Positions 19,858 through 31,546 of a stretch of DNA of 64,000 bases are shown here, one piece after another; positions within the stretch are counted from its first letter, which is position 1, and each line of letters begins with the position of its first letter. The position numbers and the translations under genes were made by a program. Origin of the DNA: an uncultured Gemmatimonadales bacterium. GTDB taxonomy: Bacteria > Gemmatimonadota > Gemmatimonadetes > Longimicrobiales > RSA9. Location of the stretch: the NCBI GenBank assembly GCA_963741945.1, contig CAVUKA010000001.1, forward strand, positions 736,001 to 800,000, written 5' to 3'. Below the pieces are notes generated by a model. It was not told where the DNA came from. It saw only the letters and a program-made list of their open reading frames with translations, and did not search any database.

Positions 19858-21330
19858 CTACTCCGCCAGCTTCCAGCGCGCCCCCTGCGGCGTGTCTTCC
19901 AGGATGACGCCGCGCTCCGCGATCTCGTCGCGGATGGCGTCGGCGCGGGCGAAGTCCCGGTCCTGCCGGGCCTGCTGGCGGTCGGCGATCTTCTCCTCGA
20001 TCCACGACACCAGCTCGGGATCCGGCCCCTCCCGCCGGTCGGCGAGCTCGACCAGGCCGAGCACGTCGTCGATGGAGGACAGCGCGGACCGGACCCGCTC
20101 CAGCGCTGCGTGCGGAACGGCCCCCGCGCCGTCGAGCGCGGCATTGACCTGGCGGATGAACGTGAACAGTGCGGCGAGGGCGGCGGGCGTGTTCAGGTCG
20201 TCGTCGAGGGCGGCCTCGAAGTCGGCCAGCGCGGCGTCGGCCAGGGCGGGGAGTCCGCCGTCCGCGCTCGTGCCGCTCTCCTGGCGAGCGGCCGCGTCGC
20301 CATGGCCCTCCGCCGCGGCGGACGCCTGCGCCAGCCGATCCCGGAAATCCAGGATCCGCCGGGTAGCGGCGCGAGCGTCGTCGAGGGCGCTGTAGGAGAA
20401 GCGGAGCTCCTTGCGGTAGTGGGCGGAGAGGAGGAGGTAGCGGAGCGCCACGGCGGGGTAGCCGGCGTCGAGGATGTCGGAAACGCGCACGACGTTGCCG
20501 AGCGACTTCGACATCTTCTCGGTGTCCATCATGAGGTGCCGGGCGTGAAGCCAGTAGCGGACGAACGGCTGCCCGGTGGCGCCCTCGGACTGGGCGATCT
20601 CGTCCTCGTGATGGGGAAAGACCAGGTCCTCGCCGCCCGTGTGGATGTCGAACGTCTCGCCCAGGTGGGCCATGCTCATGGCAGAGCACTCCAGGTGCCA
20701 CCCCGGGCGACCCTCGCCCCAGGGCGACGCCCACGCGGCGCCGACCTCCCGGTCCGCATCCTTCGCGGCCTTCCAGAGCGCGAAATCGCGGGCGTCGGCC
20801 TTCTCGTACTCGTCGCTGGCCACGCGCTCGCCCTGGCGGACTTCATCGAGGGGGATGCGCGATAGCTTGCCGTAGCCATCGAAGGAGGAGATGTCGTAAT
20901 AGACGGAGCCGTCCTCGGCGCGGTAGGCGTGGCCGTTCTCCACCAGCCGGTCCACCAGCCCGCGCATGGCGTCGAGGCTGTCGGTCGCCCGGGGATAGAG
21001 GTCGGCCGGGCGCACGCCGAGGCGGTCGAGCTCCGCCATGAAGCCATCGACGAACGGGGCAGTGTACTCGGCGATGGGGACGCCGGCGGCGAGGGCGTTG
21101 GCGATGATCTTGTCGTCCACGTCGGTCAGGTTCATGACGAAGCGGACGTCATAGCCCTTCCACTCCAGGTAGCGGTGGAGCAGGTCGTCGAAGAGGAAGG
21201 TGCGGTAGTTCCCCACGTGCGGGAGCTGGTAGACGGTGGGGCCGCACGCGTACAGGCCGACCCGCCCCGGGTGGAGCGGCTCGAACGGCTCGACCGCGCG
21301 GGTCAGGGTGTTGTAGAACCGCAAGGACAT
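19858..21330 (-). CDS. cysS: cysteine--tRNA ligase
   Basis: CGPTVY, HVGN, GRPGWHLECSAM, FPHHEDE, KMSKS. Confidence 0.97.
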   Translation of the reverse strand: MSLRFYNTLTRAVEPFEPLHPGRVGLYACGPTVYQLPHVGNYRTFLFDDLLHRYLEWKGYDVRFVMNLTDVDDKIIANALAAGVPIAEYTAPFVDGFMAELDRLGVRPADLYPRATDSLDAMRGLVDRLVENGHAYRAEDGSVYYDISSFDGYGKLSRIPLDEVRQGERVASDEYEKADARDFALWKAAKDADREVGAAWASPWGEGRPGWHLECSAMSMAHLGETFDIHTGGEDLVFPHHEDEIAQSEGATGQPFVRYWLHARHLMMDTEKMSKSLGNVVRVSDILDAGYPAVALRYLLLSAHYRKELRFSYSALDDARAATRRILDFRDRLAQASAAAEGHGDAAARQESGTSADGGLPALADAALADFEAALDDDLNTPAALAALFTFIRQVNAALDGAGAVPHAALERVRSALSSIDDVLGLVELADRREGPDPELVSWIEEKIADRQQARQDRDFARADAIRDEIAERGVILEDTPQGARWKLAE

Positions 21331-21353
21331 CGGATCCGTGTGTTCCGGTGGCG

Positions 21354-22370
21354 TCAGCTGTCGTCCCTCTCCGCAGCGGCGCGGGCGAGACCCGGGTTCT
21401 GCTCCCCGTCGGTGCCCCAGTAAAGCGTCCGGTGGGGGAACGGGATCTCGATCCCCTCGGCGTCCAGCCGCTTCTTGATCCTGCGGCGGTACTGGCGGGC
21501 CACGTCCCACTGCTTGAGCGGGAGCGTCTTGAACATGACGCGGATCACCACGGCGGAGTCATCGAAGCGCTCCACGCCCGGGACGGTGGGCTCCTCCACG
21601 ATGAGCGGCTTCCAGTCGGGATCCTCGGCCAGCTGGAGGGCCTCGTCGCGCATGATCTCCATGACCCGATCCACGTCCTCCTTGTAGGCGACGCCGATCT
21701 CCAGCACCGCCCGGGACCAGTTCTTGGTCATGTTGCTCAGCACGTCCACCGACCCGTTCGGGATGACGTGGACCACGCCATTGATGTCGCGCAGGACCAT
21801 GGTCCGGAGCGTCATCTTCTCCACGAGCCCGGATGTCTGTCCCACGCGCACCACGTCGCCGACGGCGAACTGCCCCTCCACGAGCATGAAGCCGCCGGCA
21901 ATCAGGTCCTTCACCAGCGTCTGGGCGCCGAAGGAGAAGGCCAGCCCGAGCACGCCCACGCCGGCCAGCAGCGGCCCGATCTCGATGAATGTGCCCAGGA
22001 TCATGAGGGCGGCGAGCGTGGCGATGGCGATGAGCCCGACATTGTTCAGCAGGCTCGCCATGGTCTGCGCGCGCTGCTCGCGCAGCCGCCGGCGCACCAG
22101 GTCGGGGTCGTCCACCTCCCGCTGCAGCCGGTTCGTGAACACCTTCAGCAGCCGGTAAGCCACGAGGGCCAGCAGGATGATGACGGCGATCCGGATCAGG
22201 TCGGCGACGAAAACCGGCCAGTTGACGAGCGCCGAGAGGCCCTGCGCCCGGGCCGCTTCGAACCGCCCCGCCACGGTGTCCACGATCTGTTCCACGTTCC
22301 TGGCCATGCCGCCCGTATCACGGGTCGGCTGCTGCTGAATGGCCAGGAGGCTGCCCAGGAGTGCCGGCAT
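21354..22370 (-). CDS. small-conductance mechanosensitive channel (MscS family)
   Basis: GLAFSFGAQTLVKDLIAG, QFAVGDVV, IPNG, IEIPFP. Confidence 0.9.
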   Translation of the reverse strand: MPALLGSLLAIQQQPTRDTGGMARNVEQIVDTVAGRFEAARAQGLSALVNWPVFVADLIRIAVIILLALVAYRLLKVFTNRLQREVDDPDLVRRRLREQRAQTMASLLNNVGLIAIATLAALMILGTFIEIGPLLAGVGVLGLAFSFGAQTLVKDLIAGGFMLVEGQFAVGDVVRVGQTSGLVEKMTLRTMVLRDINGVVHVIPNGSVDVLSNMTKNWSRAVLEIGVAYKEDVDRVMEIMRDEALQLAEDPDWKPLIVEEPTVPGVERFDDSAVVIRVMFKTLPLKQWDVARQYRRRIKKRLDAEGIEIPFPHRTLYWGTDGEQNPGLARAAAERDDS

Positions 22371-22796
22371 CTACCTCAGGATCCGGATCTGCGAAACGCG
22401 CCAGCCGCTCTCCTCGCGCACCAGGCCGAGGAAGACCGTGTGGCGCTCCGTGGCCACGCCGCCGGCGGGCCGCAGCTCCCAGCGGAGCTCCGCGAACGCG
22501 CGGTCATCCACGCCGGCCACCCGCTCGCTCATCCCGGGGATCACGGCCACCGTCTCGCGGTTCGCGAACACGCCGCGCAGCGCCGCAGAGAGCTTCCGGC
22601 CGGCGATCAGCCCCATCGGCTCTCCCTCGATCTCCACCTCGATGCCGCCGCTGGCGCCGTACTCGGCCAGAGCGGCCGCGTTCCCGTGCTCCCAGAGCGA
22701 CGACACGCGCTGGAGCATCGGCCCGAGGGGGTCCTGAGCCAGTAGCGCCGCGGGAGATGCGGCGAGCATCAGCGCGGCGACCAGCGCCCGGGTCAC
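22371..22796 (-). CDS. secreted hypothetical protein (possibly NTF2-like)
   Basis: Signal peptide, overlap with pyrF stop, C-terminal GWRVSQIR. Confidence 0.6.
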   Translation of the reverse strand: MTRALVAALMLAASPAALLAQDPLGPMLQRVSSLWEHGNAAALAEYGASGGIEVEIEGEPMGLIAGRKLSAALRGVFANRETVAVIPGMSERVAGVDDRAFAELRWELRPAGGVATERHTVFLGLVREESGWRVSQIRILR

Positions 22797-23515
22797 GAGG
22801 CGGCGCCGCTTTCCCCGGCCGCGGCCACTTCGGCCATGATCTGCTCCACCACGCCGGCCGGATCATCGGCCTCGTAGACCGGACGTCCGACCACGAGGTA
22901 GTCGCTGCCCGCCTTCTCGGCTTCCGCGGGCGTGGCGATGCGCACCTGGTCGCCGACGACTTCGCCGGCCAGGCGGATGCCGGGGGTGACGACGACGAAG
23001 CCGGCGCCGTGCTTTCGCTTGAGCGCCTCGACTTCGAGCGCGGAGGAAACCACGCCATCGAGGCCGACTTCGGCAGCGAGGCCGGCGAGGCGGCCCACAT
23101 CGTCGCGGAGCGACCGCAGCTCCTTGCCCCAGACTTCCTCCACGTCCGCGGCGGTGACGGACGTGAGCAGGGTGACGCCGAGGAGAAGGGGGCTGTCCTC
23201 GTCGTCGGCGTCCACCACCTCCCGCGCGGCTTCCATCATGGCGCGGCCGCCGGACGCGTGCAGGGTGAGCATGTCCACGCCCAGCTCCCGCGCGGCTGCG
23301 GTGGCCCGGGCCACGGTGTGCGGGATGTCGTGATACTTGAGGTCGAGGAACACCCGCTTGCCCCGGTCCTTGAGCTCCTGGACGAGCGCCGGCCCTTCGC
23401 GCGTGAAGAGCTGTACGCCCACCTTGTAGTAGTCGGAGGTCTCACCGAGGCGTGCCACGAGCCCGAGCGCCTCGTCGGCGGTCGGCAGGTCCAGGGCAAT
23501 GATCAGGCTCTTCAT
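22793..23515 (-). CDS. pyrF: orotidine-5'-phosphate decarboxylase
   Basis: IIALD, FLDLKYHDIPHTV, TPGIR, VVGRP. Confidence 0.96.
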   Translation of the reverse strand: MKSLIIALDLPTADEALGLVARLGETSDYYKVGVQLFTREGPALVQELKDRGKRVFLDLKYHDIPHTVARATAAARELGVDMLTLHASGGRAMMEAAREVVDADDEDSPLLLGVTLLTSVTAADVEEVWGKELRSLRDDVGRLAGLAAEVGLDGVVSSALEVEALKRKHGAGFVVVTPGIRLAGEVVGDQVRIATPAEAEKAGSDYLVVGRPVYEADDPAGVVEQIMAEVAAAGESGAAS

Positions 23516-24447
23516 CGATCGTCTCGTTTATCGTCCAGACGCCCGGTCCCGACGAGGGCCTGGACGTGGGAGATGCCGTTTCTGCGGCCGTACTGCCGCA
23601 GTTCTTTCAATACCCGTTCCGCTGCACGCGGGTCCGCGAATGTAGCGGTTCCGATCGCGACGAGGGATGCCCCCGCGAGCAGGTACTGTACCGCGTCCTC
23701 CCCCGTCCGGATACCACCCACCCCGATGATGGGGACACCCACGCGCTGGCGTACGGCCCAGACGGCGTGGACACCCATGGGCAGGATCCCCGGCCCGCTC
23801 ACGCCCCCCGTCCCGGCGCCCAGGACCGAGCGGCGCGTGTCCAGATCGAAGAGCAGCCCCGGGAAGGTGTTGATGAGCGTCAGTCCGTCGGCGCCGGCGG
23901 CCACGGCCGCCTCGGCGGTTCCGCCGATGTCCGGCAGGTTCGGCGCCAGCTTCACGACGAGCGGGCGCCGGGTCCTCGTCCGAACGGCCGCCACCACCTC
24001 GTGCAGGAGGTCGTTGCGCGCGCAGAACGCGGCGCCCCCCTCCTTCACGTTCGGGCAGGAGACGTTCAGCTCGTATCCGAGGAACCCGTCCTCGCCGTCC
24101 AGCCCGTCCACGACGGCCACGTAGTCGTCGACCACGGCGCCGGCAACGTTCACCAGCACCTGCGCGGAGCGGAGCCGGTCGCGGAGCCACGGCAGCTTCT
24201 CCGCCCGGAACGCGTCCAGCCCCACGTTCGCCAGGCCAATGGAGTTGAGCATCCCGGCCCAGTACTCCGCCGCCCGGAGCGGCGGGTTCCCCCGCCGCGG
24301 CTCCGGCGTGACCGCCTTGGTGACCAGCCCACCGAGCGCGTCCAGATTCAGCAGCCGATCGAGCTCCCGGCCGTAGCCCGCGGTACCGCCCGCGAGGAGG
24401 ATTGGATTCTGGAAGCGCGCGCCGAAGACCTCCTGGTCGAGCTTCAC
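23512..24447 (-). CDS. pyrD: dihydroorotate dehydrogenase, family 1
   Basis: MLNSIGLAN, ELNVSCPNV, VKLAPN, LINT, GGVSG; GTG start. Confidence 0.93.
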   Translation of the reverse strand: MKLDQEVFGARFQNPILLAGGTAGYGRELDRLLNLDALGGLVTKAVTPEPRRGNPPLRAAEYWAGMLNSIGLANVGLDAFRAEKLPWLRDRLRSAQVLVNVAGAVVDDYVAVVDGLDGEDGFLGYELNVSCPNVKEGGAAFCARNDLLHEVVAAVRTRTRRPLVVKLAPNLPDIGGTAEAAVAAGADGLTLINTFPGLLFDLDTRRSVLGAGTGGVSGPGILPMGVHAVWAVRQRVGVPIIGVGGIRTGEDAVQYLLAGASLVAIGTATFADPRAAERVLKELRQYGRRNGISHVQALVGTGRLDDKRDDR

Positions 24448-24454
24448 GGCGCCA

Positions 24455-25651
24455 TCACCGGCCGGCGCCCGTCCAGAGACCGTCGTACTCGCGGAAGAAA
24501 TCGTCCACCGCGTCCGCAACCCCGCCGGCCAGCTTGAGCTGGAAGGCGCCAGAGCCGAGCAGGCGCTCCTCGGCCGGGTTCGAGATGAACGCGAGCTCCA
24601 CCAGCACCGCGGGCATGAACGCGCCCACGAGGACCCGGAAGCCTGCCTGCTTCACCCCGCGGTCGGCCCCTTCGTGGAAGGGCGCGAACTCCCGCTGCAC
24701 CAGACCGGACAGCGTGTGCGACGCGCGGATGTAGAAGTCGTTCCGCAGGTTGCTGAGGATGAGCGAGAGGTCGTCGGTGTCCGTGACGGTGCGCCCCGGC
24801 GACTCGTACGCGATGGCCGCGTTCTCCATCTCCGCCACCCGGCGCTCGTCCTCGGTCCGGGCGGTGGACAGGAAGAAAGTCTCGAACCCCTTCACTCGCC
24901 GGTCCCGGAAATTGTTGGCGTGGATGGAGATGAACAGCCCCGGACGGTCCCCGCGCCACTGGTTGGCCAGGTGCGGGCGCTGCGCCAGTGGGATGAGCGT
25001 GTCCGTGGTCCGCGTCAGCCGGACCTCGTAGCCCCGCGCGGTCAGCTCTTTCGCCAGCCGCTTCGAGACCTGGAGCACCACGTCCTTCTCCTTCACCCCG
25101 CTCGGGCCTATCGCCCCCGGGTCGTGGCCGCCGTGTCCGGGGTCGATCACCACCAGGGGCGACGGCGCCGGCCGCCCCAGCGCGGGCGGCGAGGCGGTGG
25201 CCGCGGGCGACGACGGCTTCGCGGCGGCCGCGCGGTCACCGCGCGTGAGGCGGAGGTGCCCGGCGTCGTATGCGACCAGGTCGCCGTGGTGCTTCGGAAG
25301 CCACTCGGCGAAGAGCTGGTGTGGCAGGTAGAAGACGCCGCCCTCGCGGTACGCCGGGTCGACCAGCTGCCACGGCCTGCCCCCCGACGTGAAGAACGGC
25401 GACCCCGTATGGAAGAGGAGCGTGTCCGCGTCGAAGACCACGCGTGCGCCATCGGGCGTGTCGCCCACGACGGCGCCGAGGGCGCGCAGCACCCAGGAAG
25501 GGTAGGCCGGGTAGCCCCGGTGCATGGCCACGGACGCAGTGACGGGATCGCCGACACCCGTGACTTCGAGCGCCGGAGGCAGCGTCTGCGCGGCCGCGGG
25601 CGCGGCGAACAGCAGGACGGGCAGCAGCGCCGACCTCCATCGCCGTCGCAT
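24455..25651 (-). CDS. N-acetylmuramoyl-L-alanine amidase (Amidase_3)
   Basis: IDPGHGGHDPGA, EKD, FISIHAN, PAVLVELAFISN. Confidence 0.92.
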   Translation of the reverse strand: MRRRWRSALLPVLLFAAPAAAQTLPPALEVTGVGDPVTASVAMHRGYPAYPSWVLRALGAVVGDTPDGARVVFDADTLLFHTGSPFFTSGGRPWQLVDPAYREGGVFYLPHQLFAEWLPKHHGDLVAYDAGHLRLTRGDRAAAAKPSSPAATASPPALGRPAPSPLVVIDPGHGGHDPGAIGPSGVKEKDVVLQVSKRLAKELTARGYEVRLTRTTDTLIPLAQRPHLANQWRGDRPGLFISIHANNFRDRRVKGFETFFLSTARTEDERRVAEMENAAIAYESPGRTVTDTDDLSLILSNLRNDFYIRASHTLSGLVQREFAPFHEGADRGVKQAGFRVLVGAFMPAVLVELAFISNPAEERLLGSGAFQLKLAGGVADAVDDFFREYDGLWTGAGR

Positions 25652-26118
25652 CAGTATCGCCCCAGCTCCCGTTCCATCTCCCGCTCGTGGGTGCGCCGCT
25701 TCAGGGTCTCGCGCTTGTCGTGCAGCTTCTTCCCGCGGGCCAGCGCGAGCTCGATCTTGGCGTAGCCCCGGCGGAAATAGAGCTCCAGCGGGACGAGCGC
25801 GAGCCCCTTCTCCTGGACGGCGCCCACCAGGCGACGGATCTCCGGCGCGCGAAGCAGCAGCTTTCGGGGGCGCGTCGGGTCCGCGTTCCAGCGCGACGCC
25901 GGGTCGTAGGGCGTCACGTGCATGCCGTGCAGCCAGACCTCGCCGCCATCCACGCGCGCGAACGCTTCCGACAGGCTGGCCTTCCCGCCCCGGATGGATT
26001 TCACTTCGGGGCCGTGCAGCACGAGGCCGGCCTCGAACGTCTCGAGGATCTCGAATTCGTGGCGCGCCTTCTTGTTGCGCACCACCACTTTCTTCCCGTC
26101 CGGCCGTCCGCTCGACAT
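25651..26118 (-). CDS. smpB: SsrA-binding protein
   Basis: NKKARHEF, EAGLVL.G.EVKS, RKLLL, GKKLHDKR. Confidence 0.97.
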   Translation of the reverse strand: MSSGRPDGKKVVVRNKKARHEFEILETFEAGLVLHGPEVKSIRGGKASLSEAFARVDGGEVWLHGMHVTPYDPASRWNADPTRPRKLLLRAPEIRRLVGAVQEKGLALVPLELYFRRGYAKIELALARGKKLHDKRETLKRRTHEREMERELGRY

Positions 26119-26180
26119 GCGGCTAATCTAGCGGGATGCGGAAACGAGGACGAGCGGGGGTCTGGCGACGCCCCGGCCGC

Positions 26181-27246
26181 TCACCCGAGTCGCTCCTTCT
26201 GCCGTCGACGCGTTCGCCGCATCGCGACCACCTGCGCCACTTCCCCGCCCAGGATGAAGACGACGGCACTGTAATAGATCCAGAGCACGAGGATGATGAA
26301 GGTGGCGATGTTGCCCCATGCGGAGCGGTAATTGGCGAGGTTCGTGACATACCAGCTGAAGGCGTACTTGAGCGCTTCGCCGATCACGCCGGTGAACGTC
26401 GCGGCGATCACGGCAGTGGTCCAGCGGATCCGCCTGGGCGGGAGATAGCGGTAGACCAGGAAGAACATGAACCAGATGGTGAGGAGCGCAACGAGCTGCG
26501 GCCACCATTGTCGTGCGACGGTCACCAGCGGGCTGGCGGATGAATCGATGCGCAGCACGCCGGAGACGAACTCGGCGCCGAGCCGGAGGCCGAGCGTGAG
26601 GGAGACGTTGAGGGCGAACAATGTCCCGGCCGCGAACACCATCTCTGATGTCGAAGATCTTGCCCGAGATGATGTTGCGCCCCTCGGCGATGTCGAAGAT
26701 CTCGCGCAGCACCGTCCGCAGCGTGCCGACCAGACGGGTGGCCACCCAGAGGAAGAAGAGCGTACCGACGCTCAGGATCCCCGTCCCGTTCGCGGCCAGA
26801 CCGTTCAGCGTCTGCTGGACGTTGATATTGACCGCGGCGGGGATGATCCGGCTGAGATAGTTCAGCAGCGTCTGCTCGGCATTCGCACCCTGGAAGCGGA
26901 GCACGGTGCCGGCGATCCCGACCACCGCAATGACCAGCGGGAGGAACGCCACCAGGACGTTGAAGGCAATGGCGCCCGCGAGGAAGAAGATGTTGTCCTC
27001 CTCGCCCTTGTGCCACACGCCCCGGAACAGCTCGCCCGTGGCGTGGCCGAAGCGCGCGGACCACGGCTCGGGCGCCCGCCGGGGCGGCGGCGGAGGGGGC
27101 GGCTCGACGCCGAGGCTCTCTGCGGAGATGCGGGACCGGGTGGGGCGGTTCGCGTCCGACCCGTCGATGGCGTGCGATTCGGCCCGCGCGGTGTCCGGCG
27201 GGTCAGTCCCCTCCTGGGCACCTGCGCGCCCGGCGGAATCGTTCAT
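26181..27246 (-). CDS. YihY/BrkB family membrane protein (frameshift near 26645)
   Basis: AGAIAFN...PL N-terminal half in one frame; YRYLP...YRSAWG...LWIYYS...LGGE C-terminal half in another. Confidence 0.8.
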
Positions 27247-27257
27247 CCGTCACCGAA

Positions 27258-27722
27258 TCACGCTCCGGAGGTCTCGTCCGGTGCGGCCGGTTCCTCGGCC
27301 GGGAACTCGGGCTCGGCGGCGAGCTCCTCGGCGGGCGAACGCGGCGTGGAGCGGGCCGCCTCGTAGCCGGAGCGGAACGCGGCCGTGGACTCCCGGAGTC
27401 GTCGCTCCATGTCCTCCCGTGACTTGCGCGCGGCCACGCGGCCGGCGTCCACCGCCTGCCGGGCATCGTCCAGCCCGTCCTCGAACTGCCGGCGGACGTC
27501 GTCCACCGTTTCCGAGACAGTGTCCTGGACCTCCCGGATCCGCCCTTCCAGCTCGCCCCGCATCCGGTTCATGCCGTCACCCAGCTCGCGGCGCGTCTCG
27601 CGGCCGGACTTCGGCGCGAACAGCAGCGCGGCGCCGGCGCCGAGGAGCAGTCCCCAGACGAACGTGCCGAAGCTGCCGCTTCTGCGCTCGATGATGATGT
27701 AGCCCTCGTCGTGCTCGGCCAT
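27258..27722 (-). CDS. YtxH domain protein
   Basis: GLLLGAGAALLFAPKSGRETR. Confidence 0.88.
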   Translation of the reverse strand: MAEHDEGYIIIERRSGSFGTFVWGLLLGAGAALLFAPKSGRETRRELGDGMNRMRGELEGRIREVQDTVSETVDDVRRQFEDGLDDARQAVDAGRVAARKSREDMERRLRESTAAFRSGYEAARSTPRSPAEELAAEPEFPAEEPAAPDETSGA

Positions 27723-27759
27723 GGTTCCTCCTGTCCGTTGCTTGACGCCGCGGCGCGCC

Positions 27760-29103
<1,344 letters not shown>

Positions 29104-29144
29104 ATCCTTGCTATTCCTTGTGTTCGGATCACGAGAAAGCACGC

Positions 29145-29170
29145 TGGTGCCGGTCAATGGTGCCGGTCAA
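29145..29170. repeat. 13-bp tandem direct repeat upstream of the response regulator
   Basis: TGGTGCCGGTCAA twice, exact. Confidence 0.8.
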
Positions 29171-29194
29171 ATTACCCGCGGGCGAGACAAAGGG

Positions 29195-29896
29195 TCAAGC
29201 AGATCCGGTGCGGGGCAGCAGGACGGAGGCGACGGTGCCTTCCCCGCCGGGGCCGGCCTCCAGACGGAGCGTCCCACCCGCGCTCCGGACCAGGCGATGG
29301 CATATGGCAAGTCCCAGGCCCGCGCGCCCTTCGCGCGCGGCCGCGGCTCGATCGGGGACCTCCCTGGCCAGCTCGGCGGAGATGCCGGGGCCGTCATCCG
29401 TGATGATGAGCATCACGCCCTTCGGCGTGCGCCGGATCTCCGTGGTGACGCGGCCGCCCTCTGCGGCGGCGTCGATGGCGTTGTCCACCAGGTTCAGCAC
29501 GACCAGCGCCAGGTCCTCCCCCCCCATGCCGACGAGCCCGCCGCGGCCGGGGCGGTGCTGATAGTCCAGCTTCCGGATCCGGGTGCGGGCGCCCAGAACG
29601 GGGAGCAGCTCCTCGAACACGCGGTCCGGGTCCGTCGCCTCGCGCTGGGGCCAGGGGCGCACCAGGCGCAGCAGCGATTCGATCAGGGCATGGACGCGGT
29701 GCAGCTCCGACTCCACCGCGGCCGCGCGCCGCACCACCGCCTCGGTGTCGTGATCGCCGGCGCGTCGCTTCACCAGCTCGAGGTTGATGACCATGGCGTG
29801 GAGCGGGTTCTTGATCTCATGGGCGAGGTCATCCGCCCAGCGGGAGACCAGGTCCATGCGGTTGCTGCGCAGCTCCAGCCACTCCCGTTCAGCCAT
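29195..29896 (-). CDS. histidine kinase core without sensor domain
   Basis: LAHEIKNPL, NLVDNAIDA, DDGPGI, GLGLAIC. Confidence 0.85.
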   Translation of the reverse strand: MAEREWLELRSNRMDLVSRWADDLAHEIKNPLHAMVINLELVKRRAGDHDTEAVVRRAAAVESELHRVHALIESLLRLVRPWPQREATDPDRVFEELLPVLGARTRIRKLDYQHRPGRGGLVGMGGEDLALVVLNLVDNAIDAAAEGGRVTTEIRRTPKGVMLIITDDGPGISAELAREVPDRAAAAREGRAGLGLAICHRLVRSAGGTLRLEAGPGGEGTVASVLLPRTGSA

Positions 29897-29950
29897 GCAC
29901 CCCCTCACACACTCCCGACCGGCAGCGATCGACGTACGCGGGCATGCGGC

Positions 29951-31354
29951 TCAGCCGACGATCCAGCGGGGATCAGGGTCGGGGATCTCCGCCGGCTCGA
30001 CGCCGGGGCGCCCCATCTGCCCGTACGTCAGCGTTTTCCCGAGCTCCACGCCCGGCTGGTTGAGCGGGTCGATCCCGTAGAGCGCACCGGCGTAGACCGT
30101 TGCGATCTCGAGCATCATGAGCAGCTCGCCAATGGAATGCGCATCGAGGCGCGGCACCGTGAGCGTCATGTTCATGCGACCCCGCTCCGCCAGCGCCGCG
30201 GCCGTGGCTCGCCGCTCCGCGTCCAGCAGGCCGCCCAGCGTGTGGCCGCCGAGGTAGCCGAGGGCGGGGACGTCGCCGTACAGAGACGGGATCTCCACAT
30301 CGCGGGCGCGCTCGCCCACCGCCAGGAAGGTGATGGTCTTGTCGAACGGCCCCTCCATGTAGAGCTGCACCTGCGAGTGCTGGTCCGTGGCACCGAGCGC
30401 TTTCACCGGCGTCGGCCCCGTGAAGACGTCCTCGCCCGAGCGGCTCTGGCGCTTGCCCAGGCTCTCCGCCCACAGCTGCCGGAACCAGTCGCCCACGGAA
30501 TACAGGCGGTCGCTGTACGGCATCATGACGTGGATGCCCGCGTCCGCCTCCGTGTCCGCCAGCCACTGGAGCGTGGCGAACAGCCCCGCCGGGTTCTGCC
30601 CCAGGCGGTCGGTCCGGCACCGCTCCGCCATGGCGGCCGCCCCGGCCAGGAGCCCGTCGACATCGATCCCGACGAGCGCCGCAGGGAGCAGCCCCACCGC
30701 CGACAGGACGCTGAAGCGGCCACCCACGTTCGGCGGCACCGCGAACGTGGGCACGCCCTCGTGGCGCGCGATGGTGCGGAGCACGCCCTTCTCCGGGTCC
30801 GTGGTGAAGACGAAATGGCGCCCGATGGCGCCCTCGTCCGTGAGCAGCGGAGCAAGACGGTCCCGGACCACCAGGTACTGGGACATGGTCTCGGCCGTCG
30901 TGCCGGACTTGCTCACCACGTCGAACAGCGTCCGCCCCAGGTCTAGGCGGTCCAGCAGCGGCCCCACGGTCTCCGGGTCGACGTTGTCCAGCACGTACAG
31001 GCGCGGAAGGTGGTCACGCCCTTCGTCGTCCCGATCGTTCCAGTCCGGCCCGTGCAGCGCGTGCAGGAGCGCCGTCGAGCCCAGGGCCGAGCCGCCGATC
31101 CCCAGCACGACCACGTTTTCGGAGAAGCCGCCCACGCGGTCCGCGTACACCTGGATCTCCGACGCCAGCGCCGCCTGGCCCGGCAGCTCGAAGAAGCCAA
31201 GCTCGCCCGACGACCGGCGTCGCTCCACGTCCGCGTGCGCCTCCCGGAACCGCTCGCCCGCCTCGCCCAGCGCTTCGGGGGAGAGTCCGTGGCCACCCAG
31301 GCGGGGCGACATCATGTTCCCGTAATCCAGCGACACCCTCGTGTGATCAGTCAT
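29951..31354 (-). CDS. pgi: glucose-6-phosphate isomerase
   Basis: GIGGSALG, SKSGTTAET, VGGRFSVLS, QLWAESLGK, DQHSQVQ, QPGVELGK. Confidence 0.96.
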   Translation of the reverse strand: MTDHTRVSLDYGNMMSPRLGGHGLSPEALGEAGERFREAHADVERRRSSGELGFFELPGQAALASEIQVYADRVGGFSENVVVLGIGGSALGSTALLHALHGPDWNDRDDEGRDHLPRLYVLDNVDPETVGPLLDRLDLGRTLFDVVSKSGTTAETMSQYLVVRDRLAPLLTDEGAIGRHFVFTTDPEKGVLRTIARHEGVPTFAVPPNVGGRFSVLSAVGLLPAALVGIDVDGLLAGAAAMAERCRTDRLGQNPAGLFATLQWLADTEADAGIHVMMPYSDRLYSVGDWFRQLWAESLGKRQSRSGEDVFTGPTPVKALGATDQHSQVQLYMEGPFDKTITFLAVGERARDVEIPSLYGDVPALGYLGGHTLGGLLDAERRATAAALAERGRMNMTLTVPRLDAHSIGELLMMLEIATVYAGALYGIDPLNQPGVELGKTLTYGQMGRPGVEPAEIPDPDPRWIVG

Positions 31355-31441
31355 GTCCGTAGAGTATTCCGTTCGCCGATGAGGAACCAGCCCGAGCGCA
31401 CCGAGCGACGCACCGACCCCCGCACACCTCGCCCGACAACC

Positions 31442-31546
31442 TCTCTCCAGGTGGCGAGACCGCGCGAGCGATCTGTCCCGCAAGCCACTGTCCCAACACT
31501 CCGTGCGCCGCCGATCACCAGGCCGGGATCTCTCCAGCTGGAGAGA
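31442..31546. promoter_or_regulatory. two copies of an 18-bp palindrome upstream of pgi
   Basis: TCTCTCCAGCTGGAGAGA (31529-31546, perfect) and TCTCTCCAGGTGGCGAGA (31442-31459, 16/18). Confidence 0.5.

Noticed and set aside
29135-29155. Sigma-54 promoter (GGCAC...TGC) upstream of the regulator
   Set aside because: GG-to-GC spacing is 9 nt rather than the required 10
31491-31510. Tenth copy of the 25-bp motif (CCCAACACTCCGTGCG)
   Set aside because: Too degenerate; lacks the AACAG core
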